Shown here one piece after another: positions 1-10,750 of a stretch of 64,000 bases of DNA. Numbering within the stretch: the stretch's first letter is position 1; every line of letters starts with the position of its first letter. The position numbers and the translations under genes are program-made. Under the pieces are notes generated by a model, which saw nothing but the letters and a program-made list of their open reading frames with translations, did not search any database and was not told the origin of the DNA. The DNA is from Microthyrium microscopicum (Eukaryota): the NCBI GenBank assembly GCA_010405405.1, contig MU004241.1, positions 558,001 through 622,000 of the forward strand, written 5' to 3'.

Positions 1-349
1 TGTGGCTCTCGCTGTGGCTCAGGCGCTTTGTTCCGCCTGATCGTTGGCATATCATTTTCGTTTGTTGATACATCAATCAACTCCCTCTCCCACCACTTTT
101 TTGCTCCCACATCAATACCATGGATGCTATTCAGGATCAATAGCCTTCCTTTATTTCCTTTTTTGCGCTTGTAAATCTTCACTTTTACATTCTTACCACT
201 TGCTGGTCAAGTTATTTGTGCCTTTATCACTTCATAATATTCCTCTCCTCCTTATATTTCTGTTCCTTTATGCTGCCGGCAAGCACAAATCATAATACTA
301 ATTCTCACCACCTATAGCCCTTTCGTGTCTGTTCCCACTTTCTCCAGGC

Positions 350-2626
350 ATGGCTTTCCAAGAGAATCAGCAGCAAACCTTTCCGGCCGTACCTCCTTCT
401 TTCTCCGCTGGCGGTCATGAGATGCGAGACTACTACGCAGACTCCGCTGCACCACGACCGATTACGAATGAGGATCCGTACCTCACCCCATACCTCGGCC
501 TTCGAGCTAGATTATCCCAGACTTGGATAAATCAATGGACCCTCCTTCTCCTTCTGGTTCTTGCCAGAGTTATTCTCGCGCTTATTAGCGCAAACGACCT
601 CATCGAAGACGCTCATGATGAGGCTCTCTCAGCATGCTCCGTGGTAGAAAAGGCTGGTAGCACCCTTGCTTCAGTCCCTCACTATGCGGCACAAGGCTTC
701 AATTCAATGGCTGGCACAGGTGTAACCAAAGCAGTCGCTGGGTTAGAATCCATGGTTACATTAATGTTGACTGGCGTAGAGCAAATGGTTGTGTTTTATA
801 TTGGAATGCTCACAAATACCTATCTCTGCCTGATCACTTTGGCAGTAGGTGGAAGTTTGCATGCTGTTCTTGACGTTCTTAGTAGCGTGGAAGCCTCACT
901 CAACAAAACTTTGGGTACAATTGGCGATGACGTTGGCAATATCGCTGGTGGTCTACAAAAGAGCATTCAAGCTCTAGTCTCTGGAATCAACACTGTCTTT
1001 GGAAACAACAATCCTCCAAAGATCGACTTTAGTGGACCCATTGGAGAGCTCAAAAACTTCAAGCTTCCTTCAGGATTCAGTGATGATTTGCAAAAGCTCA
1101 ACAGCTCTATTCCCACCTTTGCCGATGTTCAAAACGCCACCAATTCTGTTATCGAGTTGCCTTTTGAGGAAGTCAAGAAACTGATCACAGCTGCCTGGGG
1201 AAACTATACTTTCAATCATTCGATTCTGCCGGTTCCCCAGAAAGAGACTGTGACTTTTTGCTCCGACAATCAGCACCTCAACAACTTTTTCAACGATTTG
1301 AGAAATATTGCAAAGTACGCCAAGATGATATTTCTTTCAGTACTTCTCATTTGTGCGATTGCGGCATGCATTCCTATGGCTATGCTTGAGTACCGACGCT
1401 ACTTCAAAATGCGCATCAGATCAAAGATCATCAGCAAGATGACTAGAAGTCCAATGGATCAAGCATACCTGTTTTCTAGGCCATACTCTTCCGATTTTGG
1501 CTGGGTATTGGCCAGAAGATTCAAGAATCCCAGGACTCAAGTTTTAGTGCGCTGGTGCTGGGCTTACTGCACAACACTTCCAGCTCTACTCCTTCTTTCG
1601 CTCGCTCTTGCAGGATTCTTTGCTTGTCTTTGTCAATTCATATTTCTCAAAGTTGTTGAAAAGACAGTTCCTGAATTGACCGCCGAAGTTGCTGGAATGG
1701 TTGGTGATGTAGTCAACAAGCTCAACAATGCATCAGAATCGTGGGCAAATCAAACCAACGCGGTCATACTCAAAGAAAGCGACACCCTCAATCATGACCT
1801 TCTAGGTTGGGTTGGAACAAGTACCACTGCAGTCAACAGCACTTTGAACAAGTTTGTTGATGAGACAGTCGGAGTTCTCAACAAGACTTTTGGTGGAACT
1901 CCGCTTCAACAGCCAATTCTAGAGGTTTTCAATTGCCTCATCGGACTCAAAATCGCTGGAATTGAAAAGGGCTTGACCTGGGTGCATGACAATGCCCATA
2001 TTGGCTTTCCAATGCTTTCAAATGACACCTTAACTGGAGGATTTCTAAGCAAAAGCAGTCCCACTGTCAAAAACTTCTTTGCTGATCCTCAGGGTGTCAC
2101 TCAAGACGACGTTAGTCGCGCCGTCGATAAAGTGGGAGCCAAGCTCGAAAAGGGCATTCAACAAGAAGCTATCATTTCCGCTTTCCTTCTTGCAGCTTAC
2201 GCGATAATTGTCATCATCGGAGTCGTCACCACATGTGTACGAGCTCATCAACGCGACAAGCTGCGTGGAGAGGGTGGAAACGATTACGATATGTTTGCCA
2301 TTCCAATGACCGAAATGCAGGCTTCGAGCGCGCATGACGGCAATACTGCAGCGGTCAGCACAAAAGCCAGCGATGGTGAAGACCATCCTCTCGGACCGGC
2401 CCCAGCCTACTCCCAAGCCAATTCAGACATCAACGCCAATGCCCCATACGCCCTCAACCCGCATCCTCTACCACAACATGACAACGTCGAAGATGAATAT
2501 AATCTCGAGAAAACTCACGCCACCGCCACGAACCCAGGCTGGTGGTCCCCGACAACTCAAACCCAGAACCAAAACCAAAACCAGAATCCCTATCACTACA
2601 ACAACGAGAAGGGTGGTTTCATTTGA
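350..2626 (+). CDS. PRM1: Plasma membrane fusion protein Prm1 (multispanning mating protein)
   Basis: 758 aa ORF. The N-terminal PYLTPYLGLRARLSQTWINQWTLLLLLVLAR, TNTYLCL, and GGTPL...VFNCLIGLKIAGIEKGLTWVHDNAH motifs, plus several hydrophobic segments, are as I recognise from Pezizomycotina Prm1. Confidence 0.93.
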   Translation: MAFQENQQQTFPAVPPSFSAGGHEMRDYYADSAAPRPITNEDPYLTPYLGLRARLSQTWINQWTLLLLLVLARVILALISANDLIEDAHDEALSACSVVEKAGSTLASVPHYAAQGFNSMAGTGVTKAVAGLESMVTLMLTGVEQMVVFYIGMLTNTYLCLITLAVGGSLHAVLDVLSSVEASLNKTLGTIGDDVGNIAGGLQKSIQALVSGINTVFGNNNPPKIDFSGPIGELKNFKLPSGFSDDLQKLNSSIPTFADVQNATNSVIELPFEEVKKLITAAWGNYTFNHSILPVPQKETVTFCSDNQHLNNFFNDLRNIAKYAKMIFLSVLLICAIAACIPMAMLEYRRYFKMRIRSKIISKMTRSPMDQAYLFSRPYSSDFGWVLARRFKNPRTQVLVRWCWAYCTTLPALLLLSLALAGFFACLCQFIFLKVVEKTVPELTAEVAGMVGDVVNKLNNASESWANQTNAVILKESDTLNHDLLGWVGTSTTAVNSTLNKFVDETVGVLNKTFGGTPLQQPILEVFNCLIGLKIAGIEKGLTWVHDNAHIGFPMLSNDTLTGGFLSKSSPTVKNFFADPQGVTQDDVSRAVDKVGAKLEKGIQQEAIISAFLLAAYAIIVIIGVVTTCVRAHQRDKLRGEGGNDYDMFAIPMTEMQASSAHDGNTAAVSTKASDGEDHPLGPAPAYSQANSDINANAPYALNPHPLPQHDNVEDEYNLEKTHATATNPGWWSPTTQTQNQNQNQNPYHYNNEKGGFI

Positions 2627-3939
2627 AATAAAAAAACTTTCCACATTCGAATATTTTCGACTAAACAATTATTGCTTCCGCATTGACCTCTTTCGTTGTT
2701 TCGGCATTGAACTGTTTGCGTCTCCGCAGAGCACGTTTTATCGATATTTTCGGCTATGGACAGCTTCGTAAATGCTCAGGTTACGTACCTTGGACGACGT
2801 CAGGTCATCCCCGTAGAACCAACAGGAGCAGTAAATCGAGAAGGCGCTCTTTACTACTCTTGTCTACCCGGACGCCGAATTTGAGGTAGCTTCGGCCCTC
2901 GTTCCGCGAAACCGGATCCTCTATTTTCTTTTCAGAGTCGTGTTTGCCATGCTTTGTGGGTGCGTTGCGCAGTAACGTTGGAATTTTCGACACAGCTCGT
3001 TCTCAAAGCGTACTTGGCTTTTCTGCTTTTGCCTTTGAAACTCGTTTATCGACTATTCCCGTTCCGCTCACTGGTAAAGCTCTCGAACTCGCAGCCCTTT
3101 TCCTCCCGCCCGGACCTCACTGATCCGCCCTGTCCCCTACAACCTCTTCTGATTGTGCCGACCGCAAGTTTGCGCATTGTATCTTCGGACCCCTACTTTG
3201 TCGCGTTGGACAGAAGAGCGTGTGGCTGTGTTGCGCAAGATGGATCTATGAGGCTACCGGGCCGGACTTACTGGGTATGATTTCGCTCGTCGCCACCTGT
3301 TTGGCGCTTTGCCTCCGTCCCGCCGCTGAGTTATGTATCCTTTGGACTTTGATCCTCTGGACCCGGCGCGCTGTTGTGATGTGTATGGCTCCGATGCCTC
3401 GGGTGAGGAGTGGTTGATCTTCGGAGACTGCCGTTCCTTTGCGATTTGTTAACGAGCGTGATTTGGTTTTTCTTTAAAAACTTGATCTCTTCCTGGAGTG
3501 CACTATACATTGATGGGTTGGCGTGGTCATTGGACCGGCTGTGCTGGCCCGGGTGTAGGATGCTTTGGGGGGGAGAGAAATGATTGTGCTGTTTTTGTCA
3601 CGGCCGATGTTGGTGTTTCCCTGTCTGCAAGATTGTTGGGCTGGTTTTTACATCTTTATTGGTGTCTCTTGGTATTGCTGAAATATGCGAATGTTTTGTT
3701 CTTTGTGTGTCGGGTGTGGATGGTGCTGGTTAGTCTTTCGCAGATTTAGTTAATATGGCAAATTGGTTCAAGGATATTTGGTTCTTTGCGTGATGAAGAA
3801 GTGACTTCGTGAAGTGTTCGTCATGAATGGGTTGGTATCAACTATCTTATCCCTCTCTCCGGCTTCGAACATGGTAGTGGGCGACTCGCTAATCGTTGGA
3901 TCTACGTTTGCTGTTCCGGCTGGTTCTTCCTGTCCTCGA

Positions 3940-4359
3940 TTAGCTATCAGATGATGGTCTGTTTAGCCAGTATACTCTTACGGGCTCATGAGCGCAGGAT
4001 TTGGCCTGACCCTCATGAGTCTGACGATGGCTCTCTTCTATCAGAACCCATTCTTCTCCCATCGATGCTATTCGCAGACGTCTGTTTACAGACTCGGTGG
4101 CTAGGCCAGACATCGTAGACATCGATGAGTTTTTGGGACCATTTGCTGATGTTGTGTCTCCCGACGGTGTTGAGGGAGCAGGTAAGGGGTCTTTAACGAC
4201 GACTCGACGTTTTGTGCCGGAGTCATCTTGTGAGATTGCTATCGCCTTGCGCTTTTTGGTCTGGCTGGGGTTGGTCATATCGGGAGATTGTGGATAAGTA
4301 GAGTCACAAGGAAGAGAAGTCAGTAGCAAATTCTTGACGTAAAATTGGAAAGTGTCCAC
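3940..4359 (-). CDS. Possible hypothetical protein (perhaps the 5' part of a degenerate or spliced gene running toward ~2760)
   Basis: 139 aa ORF with an NLS-like KKRK and S/T/P-rich composition. No recognisable domain. Downstream minus-strand frames are broken by stops. Confidence 0.25.
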   Translation of the reverse strand: MDTFQFYVKNLLLTSLPCDSTYPQSPDMTNPSQTKKRKAIAISQDDSGTKRRVVVKDPLPAPSTPSGDTTSANGPKNSSMSTMSGLATESVNRRLRIASMGEEWVLIEESHRQTHEGQAKSCAHEPVRVYWLNRPSSDS

Positions 4360-4856
4360 TTGAAAACATGTTCGGGATAATTTTATTCAAGTCCCCGTAG
4401 TGTACCATTACATGATATTGGTAGGCTAATCTTAGCTTCACTACTTTAAGAGTAGCTACTAGACCCTCTCACCACGATGAGGTGAAGCCAATCGAGAGGG
4501 GAAAAAAATGTGCTTTTCAAAAGCCTTAACCACTGGATACTCCAAGGAGCATTGACCATATGCGCGCTCCGAGGAGCAGACACAGAGAGGAGGGGAGAAG
4601 TGATGCAAGTTGCGACAAGCGCTAATGCCGGGAGGGTCGAGTTGGCTGCTCTGAGAGTAGCGAGCGGTACTATGCATCACGCTCTAACAGGGACCCCGAT
4701 GAGTCCCAGCCTGCGCCAGGCGCAATTAATAGGGATGGGGAATCGGTGCTATGGATGCTACAAGAGCAAAAACAGGGAAGGATCAGGATGTTACTTTGAA
4801 AGTAACGAGCGTTAATTGCACCGCGCTCTGACATGGACCCACGTGCGAATCCCCAA

Positions 4857-5050
4857 GTGCCCATAAGAGCGTTCAAATATGGTGCCCATAAGAGCGTGTA
4901 AATATGGTGCCCATAAGAGCGTGTAAATATGGTGCCCATAAGAGCGTGTAAATATGGTGCCCATAAGAGCGTAAATATGGTGCCCATAAGAGCGTGTAAA
5001 TATGGTGCCCATAAGAGCGTAAATATGGTGCCCATAAGGGCGTAAATATG
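4857..5050. repeat. Minisatellite, 8 head-to-tail copies of GTGCCCATAAGAGCG(TG)TAAATATG (25 or 23 bp)
   Basis: Units start at 4857, 4882, 4907, 4932, 4957, 4980, 5005 and 5028. No spacers between units. Confidence 0.97.
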
Positions 5051-5474
5051 TGCTGAAAGAGCGGTATGTGTGTGCAGATGCTCAGAGAGCGTTATGGGTG
5101 CTCGGAGAGCGGAACGTGTAATGAAGTTGTCGAAATTGGGGGAGTGAGGTTGTTGCATAGTCGAGAATTGATTGTGGCGAGTCTGTAAGGTCTGTATGGC
5201 GATGAAAAGGATTCTGATGAGTGATGCTGTGTCTGTGAGGGGCTCGATTTTGCGCGGGAAGGGAGGTCGACGTTGTATCTGGAGAAGTGATGATGGGAAA
5301 GATAGGCTGAAGTTGAGAAGTTGAGAGGTTCAGAAGTGGACCTCGAGTCTTGTTTTTGAATTGAAATATTGACTCGTCCTTGTGTGGGATGTTGGCGGGG
5401 TACTCTTTCCAAATAAAACAAAAGAATCTCAAAGAGAAGGAGTGACCTGTGGAAACGCGCAAGGCTGTCTTGCC

Positions 5475-5514
5475 TGTCAGCCTTATAGTTATAGCCGGGG
5501 AGAGGGCCAATCAG
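5475..5514 (+). promoter_or_regulatory. Putative promoter module TGTCAGCCTTATAG + GCCAATCAG (CCAAT box), copy 1
   Basis: The 14-mer at 5475-5488 and 9-mer at 5506-5514 recur exactly upstream of the next gene. Confidence 0.5.
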
Positions 5515-5715
5515 ATGGCATATTGGGTAGCCTCATGACTTCAGTCACTGACGAAGACACTAACACTTCACTTCGACCTCAACATCTGCCCAGCTCTAGT
5601 TTTCCTTGACGCCTATCTTACCGAACAACCACCTCTTCCTGGCTTTCCCCCAAGCACTTCTTCCACTTGCTGATTTTGTCCCTACAATTATACGAACATC
5701 CCGTCCAGCCTCACC

Positions 5716-6810
5716 ATGTCAACTTCTTTCTCGCCACAAGTGCAGCACCGTAGCTTCATTTCAGCGACGCATGATATCGAGTACGTATCCGCCATAGATA
5801 GACATAGCGTCATCTATGTGTCCAACATCAACCGCCTCACTTCTAACGATGAGTTTGTGGCCGAGCTCACACGCCTTGGCTCCAAGCCTTGGATGTGTTA
5901 CTGGCATTCCAGCCGTACTTATTGCGAAGTAGTCTTCTGTGGTGGGCACCGTGCATCAGAAGCTGCGAAAGCCATCAATCGCGCTGTGTTTCTCGGTCAA
6001 CCTTTGTGCAGCGGTATCAAAAGCTCCCCATATTTATGGGACAACCGGGACTACGTGCAAACCGCAAATCTGAAACCTGAGCCTCTTTTCCATGAGAACA
6101 AGCCGTATCGGGTATTGCTACCAACACCGCCAAAAGGGAAAATTAATCTCCATATGTTTGGAGCAGATATGTTCGGAACAGTTCGGCTTCCTACGACCAC
6201 TACAATTCCAACCGCTCCGCCAAACGCTTTATCTAACGTCCATACGTTTGGAGCGGATATGTTTGGAACGGTTCCGCTTCCTACGACCACTACAAGTTCA
6301 AGCGCTCCAGGTTTAAGCGCTCCAGCTATGGCTGCTCCAGCTATCACCACTTCAACTGCGATGATGCAAACAGCGGCATCTCAATCTCAAGCTCAATCTC
6401 AAGCTCAATCTCAAGCTCAATCTCAAGCTCAATCTCAAGCTCAATCTCAAGCTCAATCTCAACATGCTGCAGAGCACTCAAGCACACCGCCACGTTTCGC
6501 AGAATGGTTTGTTGGAAACTCCGCCTACCTACAACCACAAGAGCCGCCATCAGGGGCGCTTCAGTACAATCAGTTGCCAGCAGGAGCTGATACGGTGTCA
6601 ATTCTTGCTGCACTTGCGAATCAGGAAGAAACGAATGCCTACCAGCTGTACCTAGCTTCACTTGCAGCCAGCCATAAAGCCCTTACACTACGAACGTCGA
6701 GCTCACAGGTTGCAATAGCCGACTCTCTAGCTTCGTTGCGGCTAGCTCCTCAGAGCGAAGAGCGATTGTCTTCACTTCCACCTCGTCGCTCCTCGGCTCC
6801 CCCGAATTGA
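5716..6810 (+). CDS. Hypothetical protein with N-terminal RRM-like domain and low-complexity C-terminus
   Basis: 364 aa ORF. VIYVSNI (RNP2-like), RTYCEVVF (RNP1-like) and ASEAAKAINRAVFLGQPL fit RRM spacing. Internal duplication H(M/T)FGADMFGTV(R/P)LPTTTT and QSQA repeats. Confidence 0.7.
   Translation: MSTSFSPQVQHRSFISATHDIEYVSAIDRHSVIYVSNINRLTSNDEFVAELTRLGSKPWMCYWHSSRTYCEVVFCGGHRASEAAKAINRAVFLGQPLCSGIKSSPYLWDNRDYVQTANLKPEPLFHENKPYRVLLPTPPKGKINLHMFGADMFGTVRLPTTTTIPTAPPNALSNVHTFGADMFGTVPLPTTTTSSSAPGLSAPAMAAPAITTSTAMMQTAASQSQAQSQAQSQAQSQAQSQAQSQAQSQHAAEHSSTPPRFAEWFVGNSAYLQPQEPPSGALQYNQLPAGADTVSILAALANQEETNAYQLYLASLAASHKALTLRTSSSQVAIADSLASLRLAPQSEERLSSLPPRRSSAPPN
6379..6462 (+). repeat. Coding 12-bp tandem repeat (TCTCAAGCTCAA)n encoding SQAQ
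   Basis: Directly visible, about 7 units, in frame. Confidence 0.95.
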
Positions 6811-7100
6811 GATTTCATCAGTTCGATGTCTCCATCGCAGCACCCACTACAAACTTCTTCTCCTGTAAATGTTCTTTACCAGTTTCATGTTGCTTGTTCT
6901 CGGAACTATGCGATGCTTCAAGTGTATTATCCTTCAGCGATTAGCTCATGATAAGGTTATGGAAGGTCGGATTGAGGCGAGCTTCAAGTGACGTGTGATA
7001 GGTAGTTTGTTTCAACTTATGCAGATCATGTACTATACAGTCGTAAAGGGGTAGATTGTCACTCATTAATAGTGTTGATGCCTTGCTTAATATTCAGCCT

Positions 7101-7129
7101 TGTCAGCCTTATAGGCACTAGCCAATCAG
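7101..7129 (+). promoter_or_regulatory. Putative promoter module TGTCAGCCTTATAG + GCCAATCAG, copy 2
   Basis: Identical 14-mer at 7101-7114 and CCAAT 9-mer at 7121-7129, 145 bp upstream of the ATG at 7246. Confidence 0.5.
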
Positions 7130-7245
7130 CTCCACAACATCAACCATCCCGCACCGCCCCTTTAAGAAATTAGATAACAACCCACGACTCCTACCCTCAG
7201 AAATCTTTGCACATATCCTACACTGGCCCACTTATTCTTGTGAGC

Positions 7246-8220
7246 ATGCCTCCGTTTGAAGTTCATCCTCGTAACACAACCACCGCCTTACAAGGCAGAC
7301 AGCTTGAAGATGCCGAATATAACTGGATCACCACTGAGCGTCGCAAATTTTCCTCAAAGTACAAAGAGATTTTGAAATCTCGCAGACATCTTCCTGCCAG
7401 CTCCATTGACCAGCGCGAGGCTTTCCTTGAAGTCTACCACAAAGCAGCCATCCTCCTACTAACAGGTGGGTCCGCTGCTGGAAAATCCACCCAGGTTCCG
7501 CAACATGTTCTCTGTGACGAACTTGAAGCCATCCGCGCTGGAAAAATGGTTGCCTGTGTCCAGCCAAATCGACTACTTGCTCGGGCTATGGCAGAGCGAG
7601 TTGCGCAAGAGATGGACGTACTCTCAGGCTCCGAGGTATTTCAAATGTATTACATGTATCATGTCGGTATTGGCTAATTGGTTAAAGGTCGGATACCAAA
7701 AGTATTTCCATCAAAATATCTCCGAGCATAGAGCACTTAACTATTTGACTGCTGATGTACTAGTTCAAGAGTACAAGAGAGATCCTACCTTGTCAAAATA
7801 TGTTTGCATCATCATCGATGAGCTCCACGAGGAAACCTTGGACAAATATGTCCTGCTGGGTCTTCTCAAGCTTATCGTAACTGGATCCGCAACAATCCCT
7901 CCGCTGCGAAAGGATCTTAAGGTCATTTTCATGTCGTCCACTCTGGCGCGCACTAAGCTTGAGGAATACTTCGGGGATGTAGCAAGGCTTGATATTCCGG
8001 AGCCGGGAATCGCTGGCAGAATTAAATATACGGATAAGGATGTGCTATACGATGATTACCTTGACCTCTGTGTTGCTTTGGTCAAACACATTCATCTCAA
8101 GGAGACAAAAGGAGACATCCTTTTATTCCTCGGGGGTGAAGAAGAGATCGAAGAAATATGTACGAGGATCGCTACCGAGATGAAAGACCTTTAGGTACGG
8201 CCTCTTCACTCCAAGCTGAG
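7246..8220 (+). pseudogene. Divergent DEAH-box RNA helicase (Prp43/DHX15-like), truncated by a transposon insertion
   Basis: ATG at 7246. Intron 7636-7687 (GTATTT...GCTAAT...AAG) joins GSE|VGYQ. Motifs: GSAAGKSTQVPQ (I), CVQPNRLLARAMAERVAQEM (Ia), IIIDELHE (II), MSSTL (III), GDILLFLGGEEEIE (IV). In-frame TAG at 8192-8194, then VRPLHSKL, then an abrupt break at 8221. Confidence 0.9.
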
Positions 8221-9189
8221 CAGGGTTGGTAAACTACTTAGTATAAACTACTCTATTATTAGTCTAGTCTACTCTATTCTAATACTAGTACGAGAAAATT
8301 TTAGCGCTATTCTACTATACTACTATCTAGTATACTCTAAGATTACTCTATTCTAATACTAGTATTTAATAATACTACTCTAGTAAAAACTATTATAATT
8401 ACTATTATAATAATATAATAGTAAATACTAGTTTTTATACTAAACTTAATTATTTTTTAATAAAAACTATAGTATTTAATAGCCTTAGACTAGGAGAATC
8501 TAAATCTTATCTTAGTTTTTCTTATATACTATTATTTATAAAGATATAAATAGATTTATAAAATAATATAATAAATAAATAAACTTCTTATTTATTTATT
8601 ATAGCTATAACTATAAGATAATAAGATAATATTTATACTATATTATACTAATAAATATAGCTATTATAAGCTAGTAAGTTAGTTTTAGTTTATAATTAAC
8701 TATTTATAGTAGTTATATATCTTTTTATAATATTTATTACTTAAAAGTAACTATATATTATTTTATAGTCATAGTAAAGAGGTAGGTTATAAAGATATAA
8801 TATACTTTAGTATAGCTAGTTCTATATATAAGTAGTTATATTTAGTATAAATAATAGTTATAACTATTATAAATATTTAATATAAAAATCTATATTCTTA
8901 ATTATTTATTATTACTAGTAAATACTTAGAATTTTAATTTAATAAACTTAGTATACTATAAAGAATACTAAGCTCTATAAAATAGCGTATTTAGTTTCTC
9001 TTATCTAAATTTAATTTTAATAATATAAATTCTTAGAATAATATTATACTTTAATAGTTATTATAGTTATAACTAAAAGATAAGATATAAAAAAATATAC
9101 GTTATAATAAGAAAAAAATACTATATTTTCTAGGCTAGTTTTCATTAGTTTTCTAGTATAAAAGAAAAACTAAATAAGTATAAACATAA

Positions 9190-10230
9190 AAATAAGAACT
9201 AAAAATAAGAACTACTAATTTATAATATCTAAATCTTCCTATTTAAAGTCTACTTTATCTTTAGTATTAGCAATAGTAATAAAACTAGCGCTAAAATAAG
9301 AAGTATTTCTTAATTTAGAAATATAATTATCTAGAGTTATTTTAAAAGCTACTAGTTTAGGCTTTACTAAAGCTTACTTTCTACTTAAAAAAAATTAGCT
9401 AAAGTATTAAAATTAATAGTATTTAGTAACTTATAATATAAGCTATATACTTAATAGCGTTAGCTACTATTTTAGCTTTTTTAATAGCTTAATCGTTTAC
9501 TACTTTAGCTAAGTACTTTTATTATAATTTAGCTCTAAAAGCTACTCTTTTAGCTTTTATAGCTTCTTTTTTAGTAGCTTTTTAGTCTAAATGCTTTTTA
9601 GTAAGCATACAAAGAGCTTCCTAAATAGTTGCTTCTTAAGGCCTAAAAATAGGGCTTTTAGGACGTCTATTATTTATTAGATATTAATTAATAAAATAAT
9701 AGAATATAACTTACCTTTAAGGCCTAAAATAAGCACTAGTAGAAAGAGAAGATAGTTTATAACTAAGGCTTAGAGGAGATCTATTTAATAATTAGTTATT
9801 AATTAATTAATTAATAAAATAAAGAAATATTACTTACTTTATAGCTTCTAGATGCCTTTTAAGTTGCTTTTTAAAGGCTAGTTTTAGCCCTAACTAATTT
9901 ATACTTAATACTAGTATATTAATTATTTATTAACAACTTATACTAGTTTAAATCATAATAGTAGTAAATAGAATAGGTATAGTAGTATTTACTTAATTAT
10001 ATAGAAAGGAGTAATTTATATTAATCTTACATACTTTTAGAACGTAATATATAGTAAAAGTATAATTTAGATTAATTCCTTAGTAAATTAAGTTATTTTT
10101 AATACTAAAAAAAGTATATTTAAGTTTCTATTCGTCTATAAAAAAGATAATATAGCCTAAATAAGGGCTATTATTAGCGCTATCCCTTTTTAGGATAAAG
10201 ATTTTAAGATTATATATTCTTTTATTTAAA
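9190..10230 (-). pseudogene. RIP-degenerated spliced gene of unknown function inside the hAT element
   Basis: Minus-strand intron donors (plus-strand CATAC ~10030, CTTAC ~9833 and ~9707) with branch/acceptor-like signals separate codon-like exons. No domain recognised. Confidence 0.4.
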
Positions 10231-10575
10231 ATTAAAATATTTTAGTAGCCTAAAAACTTTAATTAAAATCTCTAAGCTTTAGTAAGCTACTTATTTAAGA
10301 AAGAACGCCCTATTAATATTAGTTATAGTTATATAAAGAGTTTAGTTACTTACTAATAGATTCTATTACGTAGGAGTCTAGCTAAGGTATTCTAATTAAA
10401 AAAGTTAATAAAAATAAAAAATAAAAAATTCTTTATAAAAATTAGAGTAACTTACAAACTAGGCTAAGATAGGCTAGATAAAGACTATAGCTAGAAAGAA
10501 GAGGAAAAAAAGATATAAAAATAATATCTTTTAGATATTAGCTATAGCTAGAAACTAAAAAAATAAAACTTTAAT

Positions 10576-10750
10576 AATTTAAGAAAGAAGAATTAAAAGA
10601 GAAGAAAGAGTAACTTATATAGATATTTTAGATTAAACTAACTATATTTTAATTAGCTTAACTATACTCTAAGCTAGATTATAGTTAATCTAATCTAAAA
10701 TATCTATATAAAGTGCTCTTCCCTCTTTTTTAATTCTTTTTTCTTAAATT
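10576..10750. repeat. Long imperfect palindrome (arms ~80 bp, short loop), possibly extending to ~10380-10930
   Basis: Left arm AATTTAAGAAAGAAGAATTAAAAGAGAAGAAAGAG...TATATAGATATTTTAGATTA...TAGCTTA matches the reverse complement of 10670-10750. Confidence 0.8.

Noticed and set aside
999..3749. Short ORFs overlapping or following PRM1
   Set aside because: Shadow frames, mostly with non-ATG starts and no recognisable domains.
4857..5050. CRISPR-like array
   Set aside because: Units are contiguous with no unique spacers, no cas genes are present, and the context is eukaryotic.
4670..5158. Minus-strand ORFs with repeated YALMGTIFTLLWAP peptides
   Set aside because: They are translations of the 23/25-bp minisatellite, whose unit lengths are not multiples of 3.
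7207..8194. Two separate ORFs (7207-7677 and 7466-8194)
   Set aside because: They are two exons of one DEAH helicase joined by the 7636-7687 intron.
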